A stretch of 64,000 bases of DNA from Camelus dromedarius (lineage: Eukaryota). The notes beneath the pieces were generated by a model. The model searched no databases. It was not told the DNA's origin and was given only the letters and a program-made list of their open reading frames with translations. The stretch lies in contig NC_087437.1 in assembly GCF_036321535.1 (NCBI RefSeq), positions 77,750,001-77,814,000 on the forward strand. Direction: 5' to 3'. Every line of letters starts with the position of its first letter. Position 1 is the first letter of the stretch. Below, in pieces: positions 23,871-37,144 of the stretch. Made by a program: the position numbers and the translations under genes.

Positions 23871-26800
23871 ACACTGTTTTTCCTTTGTTTCTGTATATAT
23901 ATTTCACTATTTATAATGTTTTATCATTCGTTCATTGGCTACTGAGTGCCCACGTTGTTCTAGGGCGCGCAACTGATTAAAAAAAAATCCTGCTCTCGTG
24001 GAGTTTAAATTCTAGACATATATATTTATTCGTGTATTTAAAAGTTCAGTATCTTTTCAAAAAAGGGGGAAGTTATCAGCGTGATTTCTCCACTGTGCTG
24101 CACCCTGTTTGAAGGGAAAGTCTACATTTTATTCATTTCAGAATTCGCTGCAGCACCCTGAAGGCTGCAGGAGTTTAACAATAATGGGTAAAACAAAGCC
24201 CCACTGCCGCGCACTGGGAGGAACTCTACGGATCATATTCTCACAGCCCATATTCTTTAGTTTGCACTGAACATTCCAGAAGACCATATACTATTCCTTG
24301 AAATCCTAGGGAAGTTAGCAAAGTGGGGGTTGGGATAGGGACTGTGGTCATTGGAAATCCATATTCTAACATTGTCTCCCCCTCGAAAGCTATTTTTGCT
24401 TTAAAAAAAGCTTTTGAAGGGAATATAACATACATGCAAAACAGTGCAGTGACCTAGATTTACATCTGAAATGTCACCGAAAGCATGGGGATTTAGGGTT
24501 TCTTTGGCAACTCTCCTCACATTATTTGTTCTGAGAATGAGACTGAGATTTCCACACATTTGTCCTGCAGCAGAGCTCTGTGTTACCAAGCCATCATTCC
24601 TCAGTGATGAGTGTGACTGGGCCGCGGGGTCTTTGTCAACGTGCCAAGACACTGGTCCCTTCGTGGGGACACTCAAATAAAAACACTTAAAAACATATCA
24701 TGCTCTGTGTGGGGGGCGGGCAGTGGGAATATGCTGAACCAGAAATTGTAAATTTGTACATGAAAAAAAAAATACTATATTTTATTTCAAAATAGATTTT
24801 CATAGTGAAAGAGACTAAAGAAAATACTTACATTTATTTTCCTTCATAGTCTACAGTTTACTCATTATAAAAATAAAAAGCAATTCATGTAACTAATAAT
24901 TTATGTAAGCTGAAGTTCATAAAATTGACTATTTCCTACTGTCATACTTCTCTCCTAATTATCAAGGCCTTGATGCCCTGTCTTTAAGGAGAATCCATTC
25001 AGACAATTAATCAATACAATGAAAATAATCAGTAGATTATTATTTTCCTTCTGTTTCTCTTCCCCAATTCAATTTACAGCATTAGTTCGTTCATTGTCTG
25101 TATCCAGATCCTGAGGACTTTACCTGGGAACCAGCTTAACTAAAGAGGTAGGTGGAAGAAACCAGTATTTGAATACTCCCCCAGGTTAAAGTAATGCAAA
25201 GGAAAGATGAATACACTTATGCTCCATGGCTCTGAAAATTTCCTCAGCATCAAAATCTGGGGTTTAACTACTTAAGAGTATGAATGGTAAAAAGTTACAT
25301 TTTCCTGTGCATTTTGCCATATAAGTTGCATTGTGAACATGATTTAATTATTTTAGCAAGACAACAGCTGTACTGTATTCATGAAAACACTATCAACAGG
25401 AAGCAGACACAACACTTCACAAAAGACCTTAATTGCATCATCTGAAGTAATGGAAACTTTTCGAATTTAGACTAGAGCCTGTCTTCAGAAAGTTCATAGC
25501 TATTGTGACATTATTAAATTTGTTTTCTGCAAATAATTTAATGCCATGACAACAAAAAGACTTCTTGATTTGACATAATCAAAGCTGTCCTTGATAACAC
25601 TCCCCAACCCCCAAGTTACAAATTCTTAATAGCTTTGATAGTCCTCAAAATGCCTTAGAAAAAAAATATATCACAAAGATTTTTAGCCAATAAGATCATC
25701 ATTGTTTTCACAGAGAGCTTCTGTTAATAACAGCTTGTGCTAATTGTATTGCTTTAGCATTTAAAGTCATATTCAACAGCATTAGAGAATTTTATCTTAT
25801 AATTGTGGTAGTGAATTACTGAGAATAGCAAATAAATTGTCAGAGCTCCTGAACGAGCAGAGTAGTAAAATTCTGCTTCTGGACTGAGTTCAGTGGTCTT
25901 GTTCAGTATGCCTGCTTCTGGTATATTCCACATTAAGTATTCAATGAGGTACCAAAAATTTTACATAGGTTGAAACAGGTTTTTGCTCTTTTCTTCACAT
26001 GAATCCCAATTAGCATTGCCTATGTCTCCTGAGGATATAGATTTGTACAATCAAACATGGTAAGTAATAAAGGTTAAAAAGCTATTTAATAGGTTTTCCC
26101 ACATATTCGGTGCAGATTGCTGGCTGATTTCCAAGATTTAGATTTGTGTAAATTCCATGCTTTTAATTGACAACTCCCCACAGGAGTCGATAATGTAAGT
26201 TAAGGTCACAGGAAGAAAATGATGGCTTTCTACGGCATTTTCCCTTTGTAAAGAACTAAACTCAGCTTACTATGAAATCTCGTTTTCTGGCTTTGAGGAG
26301 GAAGGATAAACAGAAACATTTGTCTGACATGATTTTCAAAAGAGATTAAAACCACAGGAAAGATAAAATTTTCTTTAAAAAAATTAAAAAATAAAAACAA
26401 ATAGTTGTACACACTTAAGGACATCAGAATAATCTGTTAAATGAAATGACATCATCTTCCAGCCTTAAGAAGATCCTATGTCACCTCAAGCACCAAGAAA
26501 GCATAGAAAACAATAGCCATTGTAGCTTGTCCACAGTGGGAGCTCAGTGGAGTTACTCTGAAATGCATGAACTTAGACAATACTGTCATCTATTAATATT
26601 AACAATAACTTTTCATATATTCCATTTTCCCTGACAGTCATTATTCTTAGTTGATGAGTAGGAGGAAAATGGGAAAAAGAATTTAGGAAGGTAATGAGTA
26701 GAGATGAGAAATGTAGGAAGCTGTATTGAAAGGTAGTTTTATCATGTCTAAGGGTGTCAGAATAGAGGAATTTTTTAAAGATCCCTTAAAATCTGAACCT

Positions 26801-27669
26801 GATCCAGTCTCCAGCTTTGAAACTCTTCCTTACTCCAAAAATTTTAACTTGCTGAATGCTTTGTCTTATAGCCCCTGAGGCCCATCATGACTTAAAAATG
26901 TGCCATGTTTATGCTGTAATTTAGGAAATGGTTTAATGATCTGCAGCATTTCTGGAAGACTAGCCATCATGCATAAGGTGGCAAAAAACAAACAAACAAA
27001 CAAACAAAAAATCACCTAGATATGGAGAACAATTTCTTACAGCAGAAAAATGGCTCTTTTGCATTCAGTTGGCTTTCTGTGCTTGTTAAGGTTTGCATCA
27101 TATCTTACCTGCCTGTGTATCACATCTTCACATCCTTATTTAGGCATCAACTAAATAGATGCTTCCTCTTTATTATTTAAGCAAAAAAAAAAAATGTCTG
27201 TGAATTGACATTAAAACACAACCTCATAGACCTCTGATTGCAGGGAATGTAATTTACCAAGGACCCCAACTGCTGCACTCTAACCCATCACCATGTTTGT
27301 TTCGGGGCCAAGCTTTCAAGGAGTTGTTCCCAACTCAAGACTGAGCACAGCGGGGATACTAAGGTAGACAAGGTTCTTGGAGAAAAAGAGACTTCTCCAA
27401 ACAAAACAGAAAACTGCAAATAACTGAGGAGGTAGGCATCTTTCAGATAAGGAACCAGAGGTATAATAAGGCTCTTTAATGTAGACAAGGCAAAGTAGCA
27501 CTCTATCTATGCATTTCAAACGCCTTAGCACAGTAGAGATAATAGAGTGGACTACCAAGAAAAATCTACTGGATGAATAAAATGAAGGCTAGAATTCAAA
27601 TCACATCTTTCCAACTTCAAAATCTGTCTTTCCTCTCCATCAAAAATACTTTTCACAATTACAACTTTT

Positions 27670-28371
27670 AAGTGAGTTGAAAATGTAAGTTCACAAAAAA
27701 CCTGAACATGAATGTTTATAGTAGTTGTATTCATAATGGTCAAAATTTGGAAGCAACCAAGATGTCCTTCAGTAGGTGAAGGATAAAACAACTGTGGTAC
27801 AGCCATACAATGAGATATTATTCAGCAGTAAAAAGAAATGATCTATCAAGCCATGAAAAGACACAAAGGAAACTTGAATATATATTGCTAAGTAAAAGAA
27901 GCCAATCTGATTAATACTCTGTATCAATCTGTTATGACTCCAACTATATGACATTATAGAAAAGGCAAAACTATGGAAACCGTAAAAAGATCAGAGGTTG
28001 CCAGAGGTTTGAGGGGAGGAAGGAGGGGATGGATAGGTGGAGCTCAGAGAATTTTTCGGGCAGTGAAATTATTCTTATACTGTAATTATATATACAAATT
28101 ATTATGCATTTGTCAAAACCCATTAAATATATAACATATATAAACTATAGACTTATAAAGTCTATAAATGATAGACTTTAGTTAATAATAATAATGTAGC
28201 AATACTGACTTCTCAGTTGTAACAAATGTACCACACTAATGAAATGTACCACACTAATGACAGGGGAGTGGGGATGGAGAGGGTTGAAGGAGTACATGGG
28301 AACTCTCTATTTTCCATTCAGTTTTCCTGCAAACCTAAAACAGATTAAAAATACTCTATTAATTAAAAAAA
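27670..28371 (+). mobile_element. L1MC-like 3' end
   Basis: tggaagcaaccaagatgtccttcagtaggtgaa, aaaaggcaaaactatggaaac and gggaactctcta...aaacctaaaa, ending in an A-rich tail. Confidence 0.85.
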
Positions 28372-29241
28372 TCAATGCACATAGTTTCTTCAGTCTACGG
28401 AATGCGTTCTATATTTAGACAATCTCATCGAAATTCCCTTGGTTAAGGTGACGGGAAGGACATAAGCATCTTCAAGGGCAAAGCTTTGCATTCACCAGCA
28501 AAGGTGATAGTCTAGGCAGCTGAATCCCCAGGCAGATCTCTGCAGGTGCAGCGGTACCAAGACCTCTGCTGAATGGTGTTGTGGGTGGCCGTACTGCAGC
28601 CCAGCAATGGCTGTTTTATGGTTATGGTTCCCACGTATTCCCAGTCCCACTGAGGTCCTAATACATTTGGTTCACTTTTCCATTTAAAAGAGACAATGTC
28701 TTTGATAATTTGTTCATGGTTACTGCTGAGAAAGATAATGACACTCAAAATTCCCCTAAACTGCATATTATAATGTTACCTCTTGGGCTCTGATATTTTT
28801 AACAGCTTTTAAAGACAATAGTGTCATTAAGGTTAAAAAAGTTCACTGTTCTTACACATTAAAAGAATACCAGGTTACAGAGATGAGCTGTGAGAGTCTC
28901 AGCAAGGCTTCAGATTGTATCATGTCTTCTCTTTGTGAATCTCATTTGAGTTCTATAACTAAAAATACTCTCCAAAAATCTATATTAGAGACAAAAAAGA
29001 AAAAGAAAATACTCCTAAAGCTTCCTCCCAGGAAGTAAATTAATTAGAAAACAAACAAACCAAAAAGAAAAGACTGAAATGCTTAGACTGTGTTACTGTC
29101 TGAAAATCCAGTGATAATTTTCAAGTTAGTTCCTCTTTAAGAGTCCTACCCAAACATGCTGTTAGACTTCTTCAGCTGCAGTTCTACCTCTCTATGTATA
29201 CAGAACAGATGATAAACAGCGTCTCTGGAATCAACTTTAAA

Positions 29242-29266
29242 TTTTTTTTTTTTTTTTTTTTTTTTT
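29242..29266. repeat. T25 homopolymer
   Basis: Read directly from the sequence. Confidence 0.95.
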
Positions 29267-30019
29267 ACCATTTTTGAATTGCCAGCAGCCTCAACATACA
29301 AATACAATTACTGGTACATGTTCAATCAGTAAGCATATATTAAAAACCTTATAGGTAATCAGTATGACTTTAGATTTTATTATTCATGAATCAATTGAAT
29401 TCTTCCCTTCAATTTTAAAAGCCAGAAGCTATTCAGCAAAGGAAATTTCTAACCCAACATCTTATTCAAGAGTCACCCAAGGTAAACAGACATGGTCAAT
29501 GAAAATAACTGAGACACAGGTACTTCAGAAAGATATTCTCAAGAAAATGTGCTACTCATTCTAAAATCTTTGTAGCCAAAGACAATTTAGGGTGATGTGT
29601 ACAGGAAAGCCAGTGCAATTTACTGAAAATGGAAAACTGCATGGGTCTAATAGACTACAGTAAATACGTGTTAAACATTTATCCAATTTTGTTGGTCTAA
29701 GCAAGAAACTGTAAAAGATACATGCTAAACATCAGGAGCCACAGGGTGCATCTCAGTGTAACTTTTTTTTTTTTTTAATTTATTGACCAGTGCCAAATTT
29801 TCCTTGATTTTTTCTAAGAATTTTTTTCTATAAACTTTTAAAAATCAAATTTCCCTTATTTCAAAGATTCTATTTCATATTAGTTTAAATACATTTCACT
29901 TAAAGCAATTGATTGGCTACAACGTTTCAGGTACTGTATTCCTGCCAGGCATACAAACATAAAGAGGTTATTTATTCCAAGGAGGCTAAATTTTGAAGAG
30001 GCAACTGAAACAGAACTAG

Positions 30020-30277
30020 CAGCCCAGCAGAGCCGTGAAGCCGTGGGCTCTGGACTGAGGCGGCGTGGGTATGATTCAAGCCCTGCTACCGATAAGGTAA
30101 TTGACCTCCAGAGAGCTGCTTAACCTCCGTGCGCTCATGTCTCCCAACTATTAAATGGAAGATAATAATAGTACCAAGCTCATAGGATTATTGTGAATAG
30201 TAAATAAACTTATATGTATAAGTTGCTTAAAAGAGTGCCTTTTATACAACAAATGCTCAATATATGTTAGCTATTAT
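30020..30277 (+). mobile_element. MIR SINE, near full length
   Basis: gggctctgga...cttaacctccgtgc...aaatggaagataataatagtacc...cataggattattgtga...atgctcaatatatgttagctattat. Confidence 0.8.
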
Positions 30278-30278
30278 G

Positions 30279-31187
30279 AAAAGATGCTCCACATCATTAA
30301 TCATTAGGGAAATACAAGTCAAAACCACAATATATCACCGCACACCTGTTTGGATGGCTATCACTAAAAAGTCAAAAGCTAAGCGTAGGCAAGGATGTGG
30401 AGAAAAGGGAACCCTTGTATATACTGTTAGAGTGAATGTAAATTGGTGCTGTCATCATGGTACAATGCAGATAAAAACAGAACTATGATCCAGCCATCCT
30501 ACTTCTGGGTAGATATTCAAGAAAACAAAGTAGCTGTATCAAAGCGATATTGTACTTTCATGCTCATTGCAGCATTATTCACAGCAGCCAAGATATGTGA
30601 ACAACTTAAATGCTTGTCAATAAAAAAAAAAAGTGATACATACACACACATTCACAAACATAATGGAATGTTATTCTGCCTTAAAAAAGAAGGAAGGAGG
30701 GAAACTGCCATTGGTGACAACATGGATGAACCTAGACATTACAATGAGTGAAATAAGCCAGACACAGAAAGACAAATACTGCATGAGCTCACTTGTATGT
30801 GGAATATATATATATTTTAAAAGCCCAGTTCATAGAAACAGAGAGTAGCACAGTGGTTGCCAGGGTTTAGGGGACAGGGTAAATCAGGAGATACTGATCA
30901 AAGGGTAAAAACTTCCAGTTTTAAGATGAAAAGTTCTGGAGACCTAACGTACAAGTGATTACAGTTAATAACAATGTACTGTATACTTGAAATTTGCTCA
31001 GAGAGTAGATCTCAAAGTCTCACCCTCACCACACACACAAAGGCTAACAATGTGAGCTGAATAATTATGCTGACTAGCCTGAATGTGGTAATCACTTCAC
31101 AAAGTATATGAACATCAAAACATCACATTGTATACTTCAAATAAATACAATTTTTATCTGTCAATAAAATCTCAATAAAGCTCAAAC
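30279..31187 (+). mobile_element. 5'-truncated L1 (L1MA9-like): end of ORF2 plus 3' UTR
   Basis: ORF fragments KRCSTSLIIREIQVKTT and TTWMNLDITMSEISQTQKDKYCM. L1MA-type 3' UTR ending aataaagct. Flanked by a near-identical 15-bp repeat. Confidence 0.9.
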
Positions 31188-31229
31188 ATGTTATCTATTA
31201 TGTCTCTTTGTTTTTTATTTAGTGGAATA

Positions 31230-31780
31230 AAGGAGATTGTGTGCCAAATGTTACAGGGGCAGAGGAGAGACTCATGAATGGACTGAAGGAGGCTTTTCCC
31301 AGAAAGGACATTCACATGGCCTTCCAATGAAGAGGAGAATGGAGGGAACTCCATGCAGATGAAAGGCTGGGAGCAAGAGGCATGACCGTGTTCAGCCAGT
31401 GTGGCTGAGACTAAGGGTGTGTGAGAAGCAATGGGAGGAAATATAGCTCAGATGGTATAGCTTTGGGGGGTGATACCTGAATGCCCTTAAACAATAGCTT
31501 AAGGAATTTGGATTTTATCTTACGAGGAATTTGGAAGCAATAAAAGGGTTTTTGGTGTATTTTAAGGATGGCAGTGAAGTGATCAGATTTCTGCTGGTGA
31601 AACTTCAGGGGTGGTGTGGAGGATAACCAGCTGGAGAAGGGACTAGGGGAAGGTAACCTTGTTAGAAAGGTGAAATGTTTAGAAGGTCATGTAATTACAG
31701 TGAAACAGGACTGGGAATGAAAAGGAGAAAGGAAGGTGAAGAGGGGACATTTCCAAAGTGGAATCAATGTGAACTTCAGG
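31230..31780 (-). mobile_element. L2 fragment
   Basis: aaggaatttggattttatct, cagtgaagtgatcagattt and similar degenerate L2 motifs. Confidence 0.5.
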
Positions 31781-32919
31781 AAGTGGGATGCATCATGCAA
31801 CTACAAAGTTCACATTTCCCAACTAGCTGAGGACACTGCTTACGTGAAGAACAGCTAATAGTTCGTCTCTGTAGAAGCACATCATACACTGTGTGAAATC
31901 ACACGCTCACTAGGCAAATAGGAAAGCTGTCTTTTTGTGTTAGCTCTTTGGAAAAAAGCTTGAGACTAAATAAGCAGAACAGTCCAAAGCAAATATTAAC
32001 TCTGGTGGTGTTAGGTGCCTGGATTTCCAAACGAAAATTGTTAATGTAACACGTATTTTGGTTTTAAGACATGCAAGCCCTTTTCGATAAACGCTGCAAA
32101 ATACAGAAAGAGAAAAGCCCAAGGTGCTAGAACTTAAATAGTCCTAAAGAAATCTTGCTGCCTTTTTAAAAAGGCTTTGTGCTTACCAATTAGAGCTTTG
32201 ATTAAAAAAAAGCACAAAAATGAAATGTAAAAGAGAAAGACCTACGATATCGTGCCACTAATTTTTCTTTTTTTAGAGCAGTTTCTGAACTCATTTGGAA
32301 CTCCAGAAGTGTTTCTGCAAGCACTGAGGCGTGGATGAAGGACCTCATGAAAAGCTCTGATATAAAGTACAAAGCCATGGCACTGTTACTGTTTAAACAT
32401 TCCAACTCAAGTGATAGTGTGACCACAGATGGTTGCCAAAGACTATTCTTGCTAATATCAGTTAATAGTAAATTTCAGTTTTGACTTGATGCACAATGCT
32501 TCTCCCATAAATGGAGAGAGTGAAAAATATTACCTATATATGTTTCAAGTATCGTTTCCAAAAGTCACTGGTAGCTGGGAGTTAGAAGCCTCTGGTGTTC
32601 CTGTCCTTCTTTCCCTGCTGTACAAAAGGGTAATTGAGCAATCTGTGCTCTAGTCTGCCAGGAAGTCAATCCATCCGACTAACCTGCACCTGCCTGGCTA
32701 ATGGCCTTTCTCCTATTCACCACTCAGTTGCTTTTGTGCGCTCTCCTTAAACGCCCTGACGTTAGGAAGTGATTTCCAAAATTATGGACTCAAGCCCCTA
32801 GGATCAGGGACTGTTGTGTTCACCCAGTTCTTCATTCTTAAAATGCCCGCCATTGATGTCATGTCATAGATGACAAGATATCTTTATGAAAAATTCAGTA
32901 TAAAATGTCAGTTCTGTAA

Positions 32920-33050
32920 CTCATAGTTGAAAGAACACTTGTGTAGGAGTCTAGGAACCTGAGTTCTTATCTCATATTTACCTCGAAATCATTGAGAACT
33001 TGCTTTCCTTAGCCTCCATTTATTCATATATAATATGACATAAAACAAGG
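32920..33050 (+). mobile_element. MIR fragment
   Basis: gaaagaacac...ggagtctaggaacctgagttc...agcctccatttattcatatataatatg. Confidence 0.55.
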
Positions 33051-34883
33051 CTTAAATATTCCAGGATTCACATTCCCCAATTTGGGAAAAGCATACAGTT
33101 AATTTTCAGCTGGGATTTGAAGCCATTTTACTTTTGTGTCTGGACTGGCAAAAACCTTAAAAAAAGAGAATATGTCAGATTTCTTATTTTTGCTTTATAA
33201 CTTAACTTGCTATTAAAGTTTCCAATGAATACTTCAGTAACTTGACACTGAACAAACTTTGGTTTTGGTTTCTAACTCTGTATCAATTGATAGATGTTTT
33301 TACATGTAACCTAAGTTTGCTTTAGATTGGTTACCACTATCACTTAAGAATTATTGAAAATTTTTATTACATTGCTTCAGCACGTAATATGCTTTAAGAA
33401 TTGACATGCACCATGCTTTGTATCTCTCCAATAGTACTAACATTGATAACTTCATGAGTTTAGAAACAGTGTTGCAGAAAATTCTGAACCAAGCATAGAA
33501 TAATTTTGTTTAAATATGGAACAAAATGAATTAGTATTATTTTATCTTAATTACTTCCATTATTGATAATGAAAAATTAACTGCATTTCAAAATTAGAGT
33601 AATACTTCATATATTCAGGATCATTCAGATGTAATTTTCTAGGTAATTAAAATTTAACCCCTTATGTACCATATAGCTTTTAAATTTTTAATTCTTTTAA
33701 ATGGAAAACATTTGTATCACGTTGCATACTGCCCTGACTCCAAGTCAAATTATATAATACCTAACATTCATATAGTGCTTAAAAATGGACTTTCCAAGAA
33801 CATCATCTCTTAAACCAAATATTATTCAGAATATAGATAAACTTTCTTGTGATAATTCAGTTATTTCTACAAGCATATACTGTGCTATATAATTCAGAAA
33901 GGATCTTGGGACCCACTGAAGTGATTAAACCTATTTGCCATACTAACCAGCCACACCCCAACAAGATTTTGACATCACTACGTTTGTTTGGAACAATGTA
34001 TCTTTTCTCTCACTATTCCTGTCAGTAGTTGCTCTTGCTAATGATAACAGCTCATGTTTGCACAGCACTTCAGAGCCCACAAAGCACTTTCCCAGGCATT
34101 GCTCCATTTTGTGATTGCCTCATAGTCCCTTTCCAATTTGCCACCAGGCCTTTGGAAACAAGATAATCAAACTTAAAAAGACATTCTATTTGAAGAGTAA
34201 ACAGTCTCTGAGTGAGGGCCCCAAGGAGTTTCCTTAAGGATAACCTTTAGTTCATTGACACCAGCATTTATTCTGGCTGCTCAGAACCTATGTGTTTCCC
34301 ATGGATTTTTGACTAGGCTCTGAATGGGTGAGGTTGGCAGACATGCAGCCTCTGGCTCCATGAAATATTTCTGTTATTGAGCTTTTATAAGGAAACATCT
34401 AGTGATTTGGAGATGCTGTGTACTGGAATGAGAAATCAGCTTAGAGATTATTCACTGCAGGTTACTCATCATATAACTAAGGAGGCTGAAGACCAGAGAA
34501 TTTTTAGTGCTAAAGGCAGAACTGACTTAAGAAAACAACTCCTCTGACTCTCAATCCAATGTTCTCTTTATTAACACTGCACCACGCGTTTGTTCTAAAT
34601 CATCTTGGTATTTCTAAGACACTGAGTTTTTGGAGGTTTGGCACAAAGGGTATGATGAAGACAATATATTTTCAAGTATATATATATACTATGACATGTA
34701 GTGAAGCATGTAATAGAAAGACTGCCTTTCCCACTATTCAACTGTAAATATTTATCAGTACTCTTTTCATAGTTTCTAAAGTTGGAGAGAAAAGATTTTT
34801 AAAGAGATTGATTTTTAAAAAATGTTAGTTGACTATCCACTACACACAAAACCTGTATCTTGAAAGTACAGAATCCTAAAATT

Positions 34884-34964
34884 AAAGGAAAAGAAAAAAG
34901 AAAAGGAGGGAGAGAGGAAAGGAAGGAAGGAAGGAAGGAAGGAAGGAAGGAAGGAAGGAAGAAA

Positions 34965-35044
<80 letters not shown>

Positions 35045-35070
35045 ACGAAAGAAAGAAGAGAGGAGAAAAG
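34884..35070. repeat. Compound purine microsatellite (GGAA)10 + (GAAA)19
   Basis: (GGAA)10 at 34921-34960 and (GAAA)19 at 34967-35042. Purines only from 34884 to 35045. Confidence 0.97.
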
Positions 35071-36049
35071 CAAGTCATTCTCTGCAGATTAATATTAAGG
35101 AAGCACTGCAATTTGTATTTCAATCATTTCTCCCATCCTAATGTGAACTATAATTAGTTTGTGGTTAAGTCAGCATAGGTATTTCAATTGCTGCTTTCTG
35201 GCCGCAGGACAAGGGTGGCTAAATTGGTCACTTCTCTTCTAAGTGATGGTGTGTGAAAAAACTTATTACTATTCCCCCTAAATTCTTTACTTTCAACTAC
35301 TCAACACAATTAATACCAAACATTAATTGTGTTCACGTGATGGCAACTTTCATTTGATATTTAATTCTTCTTAGGTGTTGAGAGTTGCAAGAAAATAGTT
35401 GCCTATTACAATCTTCAGTTCATTCTCTTCTTTATCAAATGACCACACTGGAAGCGAAGAAAAATGGAGCAAGGGCTTCTAAAATTATGATATTTCATCT
35501 TAATAAAATAGGATAATGAAATACAAGTAGTCTATATTATCTCATTGTAGAAAAGACAGATTTTTCAGCTCTTTATTACCTACCAACTTTGCACCATGTT
35601 TATACTTAACAACAATCCAAAAAAATGAAGTCCACTTTTTCTCATGTTTGGAGAAATTGGCTTGAATAGTTGCAGATTTATACTCATGACGTGTTCATGA
35701 TGATTCATACATTTAGCTTTGGGAGCAGAATTCTAGCGAAGAAATCCCACTATCAATTAATATGGAAACTGTGCTGGTAAATGAAGTATAATATCTAAGA
35801 AATAAGTTGGAGAATTTTAATCAACTGATACGAGTCTGAAACAAAACCTATGAGGACTCCGAGTAGACTGTGTGAGAAGATAATCTACAGCACTCTGACC
35901 TTCTGCAAAGAGGCTCCGAAAACGAGGTGGTTGTTACATAAAGTAATTTGAAATAAAAAAAGACAGGAGATATTATATTAATTTAATTAGTTCATCTGAC
36001 CAGAAAGTACAGAATAGTGAAACAGAATATTATAGGAAGTGGAGAATAA

Positions 36050-36220
36050 ACCAGAGGTTTGTTATTTAAAAGTTCTAGTTTGAACCCTAGCACCGTGACT
36101 TCCTAGCTATATAAGCTTGAATATATTTTTAACTTCTATGCCTTTCTACTTCACAAACTGTAAAATGGGAATAATTGTACCTCTCTTTCAGCATTAAACG
36201 GATAATTAATGTAAGACATC
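36050..36220 (+). mobile_element. MIR fragment
   Basis: gtttgaaccctagc...cttcctagct...ctgtaaaatgggaataattgtacct. Confidence 0.65.
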
Positions 36221-37120
36221 AATCCCTCCGGGACATCAGTCACTTTCCAAAGGATAGCCCAGTCTCCACTTTCAAACAATAGGGGCAAGGAAATTCTGTT
36301 TGGCAACATGTGAATTCAGTGACCGCATCTTCCAAATGAAAAACTGAGATGTAGTTTGCCAAGTATGAACGCATTTATGGTGACAGCAGGACAGAATATT
36401 TGAAACTGGAAATGTGACTGTAAAGCCCTGATGGGTGTTTGTCATGCTAGGAGGAATATAGCCATCAGGAGAGAATCCAAGCATATCCATTTTTAAAGGA
36501 ATTTTATTTAACAACCATTGGTGTTTTCATTTTGAAAAGAAAGGAGACTGACTAGAGCACAACACATACCCATAAAGTCACTTTCTCTGAAAAAGACACC
36601 TGCGTCTACTTTTCACGTTATCATAAATTGTGGTGGTGACCAATTCTGATAAATTACATACAGATTCAAATATAACGACAAAGAGGACATAAAGGAAGTT
36701 CCTTGTCATTTGGAATGGCTGGGGAATGCTCTTCTTCCCTCTCTACCTCTGCTTTCTAAGTGTCCAGAGAGAAATCATTTCTTATCTTCAACACATTCTG
36801 TGACCTTTTAAAAGCTCCCCCTTTACAAGTGAGAATGATTTGTTGTTCAAGAAAAAAAAAATTCCTCATACTTTTCTGGGTTTATGTGGGAAGTACACTT
36901 TATTTCAATTCTTTTCTTTAAAGGATACCATAAAACTTTCTTGTCTTCATTGATTCAATTCAAAAATAGAATAGAAGACCTTTCTTCTTTAGCTACTAAG
37001 AGAAATAGATAATAGGGTGAAAGAGGAGATGGAAAAAGGCTATTCAATCCATATTTGAGGGCTAATCTTTACTGCACTTCTTCATTGCTCCTTCTTGTCT
37101 CTTCCTTATACTTCTGTAAA

Positions 37121-37144
37121 CACACACACACACACACACACACA
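37121..37144. repeat. (CA)12 microsatellite
   Basis: Read directly from the sequence. Confidence 0.95.

Noticed and set aside
34833..35141. Low-complexity KERK/FLSF ORFs
   Set aside because: They are translations of the GGAA/GAAA microsatellite.
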